NCBI GenBank assembly: GCA_028291945.1
Contig: JAQGNH010000254.1
Location: 4,679 to 68,678 of the forward strand
Direction: 5' to 3'
Source: Betaproteobacteria bacterium
GTDB lineage: Bacteria; Pseudomonadota; Gammaproteobacteria; Burkholderiales; SG8-41
DNA length: 64,000 bases
Under the pieces are notes generated by a model that was given only the letters and a program-made list of their open reading frames with translations, had not been told where the DNA came from and did no database searches. A program made the translations under genes and the position numbers. Positions within the stretch are counted from its first letter, which is position 1; each line of letters opens with the position of its first letter. Shown in pieces: positions 11,347 through 21,404 of the stretch.

Positions 11347-11562
11347 TTTGTGGTACGACCCTTTAGAAATTGCTAACAGTCGTGGCGCAATACCACGCTC
11401 GATTAAAAATAAAGGAATACGTTACTTGGAAGGTCGCATGCCAGACGCATTATGCCGCCGTGTTCGAGCGTCGTTTTTCAGCTGCCCACGCTACGGATAT
11501 CGCACGCAACGCTGGCATCGAGTTTGCTTTTAGCCTGACACTGACTGAGGAGATACTCGTCC

Positions 11563-12207
11563 ATGCGGATTCTCGAATGCATTAAAGACCAGATCACTTC
11601 GACCAATCTGCCGCTCGTTGGCATCACGCTCGCGGCAGTTCCGTGTCCGGACACACCGGTGATTCTTACATTGCATTGGCATGGCTTCATCAAGGAGAGG
11701 CTGGCCGAAATCGAGGAAGCACAGACGGTGTCGTATACACCCATTCCAAGCTCGGCTCTGCAATTGAACGATCGCTGGAACAATCTGATCGCCGTCGATC
11801 GCGCGGCAATGGAGGCGGGATGGGAACTCGGCGCGTGGGATGTGTCACGCGCCGAGCGGCCCGGTTGCATGCGTCCCGGCGCTGCGTGCACCGAAGCGCT
11901 AGAGTGTCTGCAAGCGTTTGGCTCGTTTCCCTACGGCATCCACGGCAGCCAGATCGTCGTGTCAGACGCACCCGATGCGGACGATCTCGTGCATCTGGCG
12001 GCGCATCGCGGGTATCTGATGTGGGTCTTTCGGCCCGTCAAAGGAAGCATCTGGGCTGAGTACGCAGATGATGCCACGCTGGGGCCCGAGGGCACACGCG
12101 CAGCGCCGTGCCCCTATCGGCCGATCCCGCCGACCTGCGATGGCAAACGTCAGACGGTGTATCGATTCGGCGTTCCCGCAACCGCAGCTTGCAATCTCGA
12201 CAGTTAA
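11563..12207 (+). CDS. hypothetical protein (214 aa)
   Basis: ATG preceded by GAGGAG. Codon usage looks host-like. I recognise no family. Confidence 0.6.
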   Translation: MRILECIKDQITSTNLPLVGITLAAVPCPDTPVILTLHWHGFIKERLAEIEEAQTVSYTPIPSSALQLNDRWNNLIAVDRAAMEAGWELGAWDVSRAERPGCMRPGAACTEALECLQAFGSFPYGIHGSQIVVSDAPDADDLVHLAAHRGYLMWVFRPVKGSIWAEYADDATLGPEGTRAAPCPYRPIPPTCDGKRQTVYRFGVPATAACNLDS

Positions 12208-12232
12208 CCCCCACGTAAGTACTTGAAGCCAC

Positions 12233-12262
12233 AGGCCTGCTTCGGCGGGCCTGTTCCATTTT
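12233..12262 (+). terminator. possible intrinsic terminator after the 214-aa ORF
   Basis: AGGCCTGC-TTCG-GCGGGCCT hairpin followed by GTTCCATTTT. The U-tract is weak. Confidence 0.35.
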
Positions 12263-12326
12263 GGATTGATCGGGGCGCAACTTACTTCCGGGCCCCCATT
12301 GAAATCCCTGCCCGTTGCCCGTATGA

Positions 12327-12353
12327 TTAGCACTCGCCGATGCTGAGTGCTAG
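12327..12353 (+). promoter_or_regulatory. CIRCE operator (HrcA binding site) upstream of groES
   Basis: TTAGCACTC-N9-GAGTGCTAG, one mismatch from the consensus TTAGCACTC-N9-GAGTGCTAA. Lies 49 nt upstream of the groES ATG. Confidence 0.8.
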
Positions 12354-12401
12354 CAACCAGCATGGTCAGATCCAACCCAACCGTTTCAGAGGAGATTTAA
12401 G

Positions 12402-14365
<1,964 letters not shown>

Positions 14366-14398
14366 CGCTCCGCGTTAACATATCCTCCGGCTACAGTT

Positions 14399-14470
14399 AC
14401 GAACAGAGGGGAACCGAGGTTTCCCTCCGTAACCTCCCGCTCCTTTGGCGATCTACTGGTCGCGATCGGA
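14399..14470 (+). repeat. copy A of a ~65-nt interspersed repeat with an internal GAGGGGAACC/GGTTTCCCTC hairpin
   Basis: ACGAACAGAGGGGAACCGAGGTTTCCCTCCGTAACCTCCCGCTCCTTTGGCGATCT... recurs nearly identically at 47511-47576 and, diverged and inverted, at 47606-47667. Confidence 0.6.
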
Positions 14471-14515
14471 TCGCGCAGGCAGCCATTCTGGCGTAAGCCA
14501 GAATCAGTACTACAG

Positions 14516-14545
14516 AAAACCCCGCTCCGGCGGGGTTTTCTTTTT
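14516..14545 (+). terminator. rho-independent terminator of groESL
   Basis: Perfect 10-bp stem AAAACCCCGC-TCCG-GCGGGGTTTT followed by CTTTTT. Confidence 0.8.
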
Positions 14546-16419
14546 GTGCGCCCGGCAGGGCGCATTCACTTGGAGGTGTAAGTCCTCTACACACCCGGCA
14601 TGGGGAAGTGTTAGCCGAACGGCAAAGGTGTCGCGGGCGACTGCGAATCTGGAGGAAGCTGAAGGCAAAGCGCTGGCCTGACGAACAGGAAGCGGATAAG
14701 AGGCAGTGCAGCGGGGCGAGCAGGCAAATATCTGTGAAGCCCGATACGTGCACGGAACGCTGCGCTGTAAATCCGACGGGCATAAGCGTGAAGGTGGGTG
14801 CGTCATACCCGGGGAGATCTGATGCTTTGCTTAGAGCTAGCGAGGTCGAGAGGCGTGGTGATGGGGCATCAGAAGTCAGCAGAGGCCATAGTAGGTGGTG
14901 ACACCGAAGGGCCGAACAGGAAGCGCCGCGAGTAGGCGGGGGTAACGCGTGTGAACTGATGACGGCAGAAACGCATCGAGGAGATGAGGCTTGCGCGAGC
15001 GGAGCTGGACGGTATCTGGCGAGGCTGGCATGAGTGCCGAGGCGAACACGGTGTGCCGCAGGCGAGACGACAAGCGGAGGCGAGCGGGCTGATGGAAGCG
15101 GTAGTGCAACGCCGTAATCTTCAGCTTGCGTATCAACGGGTGGTTCAGAACAAGGGTGCTGCGGGTGTCGATGACATCACGGTGTGCGAGCTCAAAGACC
15201 ATCTGAAGCAACACTGGCCTGAAGTTCGGGCCCAGCTGCTGGCGGGCGCGTAGGTGCCGTCGCCGGTGCGCCGGGTGGACATTGCGAAGCCTGATGGTGG
15301 GCGAAGGACGCTGGGCATACCGACGGTGGTTGACCGTCTGATTCAGCAGGCGCTACCTCAAGTGCTAAGTCACATCTTCGAGCCTGAATTCTCGGACGCG
15401 AGCTATGGCTTTCGGCCGGGAAGAAACGCGCATCAAGCGCTGAAGGCTGCCAGGCAACAGGTGGCTGCTGGCAAGCGTTGGGTGGTGGACATGGACCTGG
15501 AGAAGTTCTTCGACCGGGTCAATCACGACCTGCTGATGGGTAAGCTGGCGCAGAAGATTGACGATGCACGCGTGCTCAAACTCATCCGCCGTTACCTTGA
15601 GGCGGGCATGATGGAAGAGGGATTGGTGAGTCCGAGAACCGAAGGCACGCCGCAAGGCGGGCCGCTCTCACCGCTGCTCTCGAACATCGTGCTCACGCAG
15701 TTGGACCGCGAACTGGAACGACGCGGCCATGCCTTCTGCCGCTACGCCGATGACTGCAATGTGTATGTGAGCAGTCAGCGTGCCGGCGAACGGGTGCTGG
15801 CAAGCCTCACTCGGTTCATATCGGAACGGCTCAAGCTTCAAGTTAATGCGGCAAAGAGCGCGGTGGACGAGCCGTGGCGGCGTAAGTTTCTGGGCTACAG
15901 TATTACGTGGCACGTGAAACCGCAGCTACGCATTGCGCGTCCAAGCCTCAGTCGCATAGCGGAGCGAGTACGAGAACTGCTGCGCGGGGCGCGGGGCAGA
16001 AGCCTGGCTCAGAACATCGAGCAACTCAATCCACTGCTGCGCGGCTGGGCAGCGTACTTCAAGCTGACCAGCACCAAGCAAGCGCTGGAAATGCTCGATG
16101 GCTGGATCAGGCGTAAGCTGCGTGACTTGCTATGGCGGCAGTGGAAGCGGGTTCATACCCGAGCCCGCAACCTGATGCAGCGCGGTTTGCCGGAAGAGCG
16201 AGCATGGCGCGGAGCTACCAACCAGCGTGGGCCATGGTGGAACGCTGGCGCCTCTCACATGCACGCGGCCTTCCCCAAATCGTGGTTCGATCGTCTGGGA
16301 CTGGTGTCGCTGCTCGATACCGTGCAACGCCTTCAGCGCGCTTCATGAACCGCCGTATGCGGAACCGCACGTACGGTGGTGTGGGAGGACGGCGCGGGTA
16401 ACCGCGCCTCCTACCCGAT
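14546..16419 (+). mobile_element. bacterial group II intron, class C-like (3' boundary approximate, +/-10 nt)
   Basis: Starts with GTGCG right after the terminator T-run. The RT/maturase ORF sits in domain IV. Domain V is at 16349-16380 (ACCGCCGTATGCGG-AA-CCGCACGTACGGTGGT, 2-nt bulge, CGC triad). Domain VI is at 16381-16416, with a GTAA tetraloop and a bulged A at 16413. Confidence 0.85.
15092..16348 (+). pseudogene. group II intron reverse transcriptase/maturase interrupted by an in-frame TAG (15251-15253)
   Basis: '[28 protein letters not shown]...LLAGA*VPSPVRRVDIAKPDGGRRTLGIPTVVDRLIQQA...RYADDCNVYV...LLRGWAAYFK'. Both halves share one frame. The YADD catalytic motif and the X (maturase) domain are present; there is no HNH endonuclease domain. 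Confidence 0.85.
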
Positions 16420-17020
16420 GTAACGCGACCAGCATCGGGACGGAATGAGGTTGGAAGTGTGCGTTGCCGAGCAAGTACAATCCGGGCGCTATGCGAGTCG
16501 AAATCGTTTAAGTCAGCATGCTGCGGGCACTCATCGAAGTCGCGGGCCTCCTGCTTTTTGCTTCGCGGCGTGCTATGGCTGTTCGGACCGAAGGGACGCA
16601 AGGGCAATTTCGTAATGACATCCTGACTGTGGGAGCAATGCCATTCATGACCGTCCCGCGTGCGTTCACGCGGCGCGTGATTCCCGATGCGTACGTGCCG
16701 ACGCTCACGTTTTTCCTGCAAATGGGGATGTGGGTTATGCTGGGTCTGGCGCAGCATGCATGTGCGTGTCGCGCGGCGTTCAGTGCGTTTGAGGGTACTG
16801 GTTATTCAGAGTCGGGCTCGAGGGCACCTGCGCTGAACTTCATACCGTACTGCGTCCAACAGGCAAACGTAGCAAATGAAATTCTTGACGATGCAAAACC
16901 TTCATCCTGATTCAGCCGGGTTCAACGCCACTGGCATTGTGCGTGCTACGTGGCGGACTTTAGTTGCTTCGAAGTAGCAACGTGAGGCCCAGGCACAAAG
17001 AGTGGCAAGGTGGGCATTGC

Positions 17021-17049
17021 TTGACTGAGAAGCGTGATAAAGCTTAAAT
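17021..17049 (+). promoter_or_regulatory. candidate sigma70 promoter for tRNA-Phe
   Basis: TTGACT-17 nt-TTAAAT followed by a GC-rich discriminator (AGCGCGC), ~100 nt upstream of the tRNA. Confidence 0.3.
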
Positions 17050-17155
17050 AGCGCGCTTTCCGGCGCGGCTGGCAGGCACCGGATTCAAAGCCTTCCCAAA
17101 TAAGCGCGGGTATCCGGTGCCCACCGGATCTCACGAACTGTGTTTCAGCAGGGAC

Positions 17156-17228
<73 letters not shown>

Positions 17229-18283
17229 CCTTCAGCCAAACCCAAGCACACTGGTGTGCGCAATTCGTTTCTACGCTCTCTGCGATGATGCGCAGGAGTG
17301 AACCTGCGTATTTCCCGATCACATTGATGCCCCCCCAGCATGTGATCTTCAACGCCACGCGATGGCGGTTCGGCGAACGGCGCGCGTGGCCCCCTCGTTG
17401 CAGCTGCACACGATCCCGTTCATTCATGGGAGCCACCTTTCTATCGTGCGTTTGCGATCCCGGGTTTTTGCTTGAGACCCGCTGGATGGGCCTCGCCACG
17501 TTACTGGCGCCGCGATGGGTGTGAAACTAAGCAATAGAGCGTCGTGCTTTAACGGGACTTTCCGAGACCTTGCCGACAGTTGACCTGCACGCGAGATGCG
17601 GCGCTGACTTGAGGGGCTGCTACGGCAGCACTCGACCGGGTACATGACCGTTCTGCAGCTGCACGCGTAGCCCGTTGAGTGGCCGACGGCACGCCGTCCG
17701 TGATCGTTTGAACCAGGACGAGGCATATTGCTGCGACCGCCGCGATCGCTGCCAAATGATTCTCGGGTGACTCTTTGCGGGCCATGAGCCCTCCCGTTTT
17801 GCAGGTATGGCCAGAGGCTAACGAGCGGCCCTGAACGCCCCATAGGCACTGAATCACATCCAACGAATGCCCGGCTCTTGGCCGACGGGCGGCGCCACTG
17901 CGCCGTCAAGTGGTGGGCCCGAGAGCCTAATTCGCGCTGTTCACCGGTTTTGCGCCGGGTTTGCGAGAGCTCGCGTGCCGAGAGCTTGCAATTGTTCCGC
18001 TGCCGTAACAGCAGAAATAGCAGCAAATTGTGCGCGCGAATGTGCCGCCGTCTGATTCGTCGTGGGGGTTGCAGACTGGGTAGGGTTCCCATCACTTCGA
18101 TATCAGCAGGTGCTGCTCCAGCTTGTGGGCGCTGTCCTACATGCCGCCAGTAGGACAGCACTAGAGGCGGCGGCTCACACGGGCATGGAGCATGATTCAA
18201 TCCGAAAGCTGCACATGATCCTGTTGTGTATAGGCCCATTCTCGATCCGCCTGCTGCTCTCGAATTCGATTTACCATCGCTGC

Positions 18284-18616
18284 GTGAGGTACGCCGTAAA
18301 ACATCACCATTGCGTTTATGTGGTCCTGCTTTCCAAGGATGTTCTTTACGAGCCGAAATTCAAGCGCTGCAATCCTGATTACGACGCCGCCAAACCGTGC
18401 GTGTACGTGGGAATGACAGGCTTGACTCCGGACGAACGGTTCGACAAACACAAAGCCGGTATCCGCTCGAATAAATTTGTACGCCTGTATGGGTTGAGGT
18501 TGGCCCCTGAGCTGTATGAATGCTTTAACCCTATGCCCTATCAAGCCGCGCAGGACATGGAGGTAGAGTTGGCCATAGGGCTGCGGGAGCAAGGCTATGG
18601 CGTGTGGCAAGGTTGA
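18284..18616 (+). CDS. small GIY-YIG-like domain protein (stand-alone)
   Basis: 'HCVYVVLL...KPCVYVGMTGLTPDERFDKHKAG...YGLRLAPELYE...AQDMEVELAIGLREQGYGVWQG' fits the GIY...YIG nuclease-fold pattern. The start is uncertain: GTG 18284 chosen, ORF open from 18062. Confidence 0.55.
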   Translation: MRYAVKHHHCVYVVLLSKDVLYEPKFKRCNPDYDAAKPCVYVGMTGLTPDERFDKHKAGIRSNKFVRLYGLRLAPELYECFNPMPYQAAQDMEVELAIGLREQGYGVWQG

Positions 18617-18721
18617 GCGGCCAAGTGGAAGGGCATGCCGCAATGGTCAAAGTTGACGGCGCTGAACGCGGCACTGTCTGGAGTGTTACGCGCCAAAAAC
18701 TCTCGTCGTGCTGGGTCCGAC

Positions 18722-18993
18722 AAGTTAGAAGAAGCCGGCATGCCATCTGGGCCGATCAACACCATCGACAAGGCTTTCGCCGATCCGCAGGTCGAGCACC
18801 TCGGATCGCTGCGCCCGTGCACTGACCGCACTGCGGGGATACGCGGGTAGTCGCCTCGCGCTCAACTTCTCGGGCATCAAAAAGCAAATTCGCACCACAC
18901 GCCGGAGCAGGGGCACACACGCACGAAGTATTGCAGGGGCTTGGTTACTCCCGGAACGACATCGACAAGATGCGCGTGAGCGGCGCGATCTGA
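18722..18993 (+). pseudogene. 3' remnant of a family III (CaiB/BaiF) CoA-transferase gene, truncated and frameshifted
   Basis: 'KLEEAGMPSGPINTIDKAFADPQVEHLG' in one frame and 'GAHTHEVLQGLGYSRNDIDKMRVSGAI*' in another. Both are typical C-terminal CoA-transferase motifs, and no N-terminal two thirds is present. Confidence 0.6.
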
Positions 18994-18997
18994 TCTT

Positions 18998-19960
18998 CTA
19001 GTCCACGCGCGCGCCTGAGTCCTTGATCACTTTCGCCCATTTCGAGACTTCGATCTTGATGTAAGCGGTGAACTGCTCGGGCGTGTTCGAAACGGCATCG
19101 AAGCCGAGCGCCGCCAGCCGTTTCTTCGTGTCTGGCAGCTGCAGTATCGCCGCGATGTTTTCATTCAGCTGTTTGACGATCGCGGTAGGCGTGCCCGCCG
19201 GTGAGAAGAAACCGATCCATGTGTAGTCTTCATATCCCGGAAATCCTGACTCGGCCACGGTGGCTACGTCCGGCAATGAAGGCATCCGCGCGAGACTCGT
19301 CACTGCGATACCGCGTAGCCTTCTGCTCTTGATGAGCTCGACTGTCGGCGGCATGGCGGTAAGACCGACCGGGACCTGTCCGCCCGCGACCGCCGGAATG
19401 GCCGACGCCGCGGTGCTGTAAGGTATGTGCGTGACGTCGAGTTTAGCCAGCAGTTTCAGCAGGCGTTCTCCAGTCAAGTGCGGCGCGCTGCCGGCACCGG
19501 CAGAGCCGTAAGAAAGTTTCTCGGTCCTGCCTAGGGCGATGAGCTCCTGCAGATTGTTCGCCGCGACTGATGGATGGACGAATATCATGTTCGGACTCGT
19601 GCCCGCATTGATGATCGGCGCGAAGTCCTTGAACGGATCGTAGCCGGGCTGACGGTAGAGACTCGCGGCGACGGCGAAGTGGCCGCTGTTGCAGAGCAGC
19701 GTGTAGCCATCCGGGACAGCCGATGCAGCGAGACGCGTGGCGATCGTGCCCCCGGCGCCTCCTCTGTTGTCTATGACAATGGTTTGGCCTAGCTGGTCCG
19801 AGAGCTTCTGCCCGACTACGCGCGCCATGATATCTATGGGGCCAGCCGCCGCGCCACCTGCTAAAACGCGGACAGGCCTTGCCGGATATGTCGCTGCGCC
19901 ACACGGCGCTTCCACCACGGCCACTGCGACGAGCACGATCGCCCAGGCTTTGTCTCGCAT
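18998..19960 (-). CDS. Bug-family (TctC-like) tripartite tricarboxylate transporter substrate-binding protein
   Basis: Signal peptide plus 'YPARPVRV', 'VIDNRGGAGG', 'PDGYTLL' and 'HIPY' motifs; 320 aa. Confidence 0.9.
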   Translation of the reverse strand: MRDKAWAIVLVAVAVVEAPCGAATYPARPVRVLAGGAAAGPIDIMARVVGQKLSDQLGQTIVIDNRGGAGGTIATRLAASAVPDGYTLLCNSGHFAVAASLYRQPGYDPFKDFAPIINAGTSPNMIFVHPSVAANNLQELIALGRTEKLSYGSAGAGSAPHLTGERLLKLLAKLDVTHIPYSTAASAIPAVAGGQVPVGLTAMPPTVELIKSRRLRGIAVTSLARMPSLPDVATVAESGFPGYEDYTWIGFFSPAGTPTAIVKQLNENIAAILQLPDTKKRLAALGFDAVSNTPEQFTAYIKIEVSKWAKVIKDSGARVD

Positions 19961-20077
19961 GCCTTCTCCTCATGCCGTGCCGCGATGGCGTTTCAGGTGC
20001 TAGCGTACGGCAGGATGCGTGGCGGGTCCAGTCGCCGCAGTAGACAGTGCAGCGCCGCGAGTGCGGCGTGCGCGAGG

Positions 20078-20251
20078 CTAATCTAAAAGGGAGGTCAGAA
20101 CGCAGGCCACGGTCGCCGCCGCCGCGGCGTAAAGCAGATGGTCGACGATACGCAGGAAGCCGAGTGAGCGTTGCCTGTGCTGCAGAGCTTTCTCTGCGGC
20201 GAGCTGCCAGCTTGCCGTTGCGGTGCTATAGCCGTTCCAGGTGCAGAGCAT
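20078..20251 (-). CDS. possible 57-aa small membrane protein (below the ORF-track cutoff)
   Basis: ATG preceded by GAAGGGG. Translation is 'MLCTWNGYSTATASWQLAAEKALQHRQRSLGFLRIVDHLLYAAAAATVACVLTSLLD', with a hydrophobic C-terminal segment. No family recognised. Confidence 0.3.
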   Translation of the reverse strand: MLCTWNGYSTATASWQLAAEKALQHRQRSLGFLRIVDHLLYAAAAATVACVLTSLLD

Positions 20252-20521
20252 CGTTGCCCCTTCTGGATTAGATGCAAGTAAGGGCTACGAGCATAAGTTA
20301 TGCCGAGCGAAAGTACAAGCCCCTCCAATGACTTTTTGGAAACTGGAAGATAGGTATGGCGTGGTTCGCAGCAATATGCGCGATGCCGCATCCCGCCCGC
20401 ACTATTTGCAAGCGCACGGTCAGTCCGCGTGCACACGCTAGCCAGGATTACAGCAGCGGCGTGCGGTGTACTACGCCTATCGCGGCATCACCGAACGCAC
20501 CCGACACGACGCCCGCCGCAC

Positions 20522-20860
20522 TTATCCTCTGAAGCCGAGAAACACCTGCTCCGCAACTTCGATCAGCGCTCTTTCGTGTACGAGTACGTTGCCACGCTCG
20601 CGTTCCTGCATGGCGAGCTTGACGATGCGATTGAGCTCGCTCGATTTGATGGCGAGCTTTTCGGCTACGGCTTTCAGGTCTTCCTTCGCCTGATCCTGCG
20701 CGAGCTTGATGCGGTATTTGGATTCGATGATCGCTGTGATGGCCTGGCGATCCTGTTCGGATAGCGCACGGAAAGAGGCGAACTCGCTTCCAGTCGTGCC
20801 GATGTCGGAGATGGAGCGCGCAGAGCCTCGGGTTTCGATGGTATAGGTGTCGGTTGGCAT
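20522..20860 (-). CDS. hypothetical 112-aa coiled-coil protein (weak GapR/DUF2312-like pattern)
   Basis: Clean host-like codon usage. The helical repeat 'AKEDLKAVAEKLAIKSSELNRIVKLAMQERERG...ERALIEVAEQV' resembles small DNA-associated coiled-coil proteins. The assignment is tentative. Confidence 0.65.
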   Translation of the reverse strand: MPTDTYTIETRGSARSISDIGTTGSEFASFRALSEQDRQAITAIIESKYRIKLAQDQAKEDLKAVAEKLAIKSSELNRIVKLAMQERERGNVLVHERALIEVAEQVFLGFRG

Positions 20861-21082
20861 GTCGTGTCTTGTTTTAACGTTATGAACGGCGCCGCAAGTA
20901 TATCGTGGCGACAGAGCGGAACATTGGCGTCAAACGAATATCATGCGAACCCGCAACGCTGCGCGTGGGCAGTCGGATGTCGTGATTGAATTATTTTCAT
21001 CGGTAGCCGAATCGGCGATGAGTTAATCGCACGGTTCGCACGCGCAGTCGTGCGTCACCGACGAGAAAGCCCGAAACAAATA

Positions 21083-21379
21083 ATGGTGAATGTAAGAAAC
21101 GCGGCCGCAGCGGTCGCAGTACTGATGACAGCGGCAAGCATCGCTGCAGCACAGGATCTCAAAAGTACAGCTGCAGCATCGCGGCCACTGGGTGACGCTT
21201 GACCATGCGGTGATGGCCGCTCGAGATAAAACGGCCACCATTTCGCTGCTCGAGACGTGTGCAACGCTGTCGCGGCCGGCGCCGCTGCTGGGTGAGCATA
21301 CCCGCGAAGTTTGCTGCGATTGCCGGGCTTGTGTGAGGCCGAGGTACCTGCGCTGGCCGAAGAGGCGCTGCTGACCTGA
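21083..21379 (+). pseudogene. fused gene remnants: a signal-peptide-like 5' fragment plus a frameshifted CoA-transferase 3' end
   Basis: The 39-codon ORF 'MVNVRNAAAAVAVLMTAASIAAAQD...' stops early. Downstream, 'SRPAPLLGEHTREV' then (after a +1 shift) 'LLRLPGLCEAEVPALAEEALLT*' match the canonical CaiB-family C-terminus. Confidence 0.45.
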
Positions 21380-21404
21380 CGCACGCAGGAGCGATCCGAA
21401 CGTT

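Noticed and set aside
12215-12326. Possible sigma32 promoter for groESL (CTTGAAG at ~12223, CCCCCATTG at ~12286)
   Set aside because: The two boxes are far too distant from each other to form one promoter, and no properly spaced partner box was seen for either.
14984-16348. Reverse transcriptase considered as a retron, DGR or Abi-type defence RT
   Set aside because: It is flanked by a GTGCG 5' end and by domains V and VI with a bulged A. It carries a maturase X domain ('LLRGWAAYFK'). There is no msr/msd-like repeat or template/variable repeat pair. All of this fits a group II intron.
16518-16910. 130-aa ORF between the intron 3' end and tRNA-Phe
   Set aside because: It has no RBS, mixed third-position composition unlike the surrounding genes, and no recognisable motif. 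I treated it as probably non-coding, though a horizontally acquired gene cannot be excluded.
17424-18239. 271-aa minus-strand ORF in the tRNA-Phe flank, examined as a possible integrase
   Set aside because: The translation is Arg/Ser/Pro-rich with no tyrosine-recombinase motifs (no R..HxxR..Y pattern). It looks like a shadow frame in decayed DNA.
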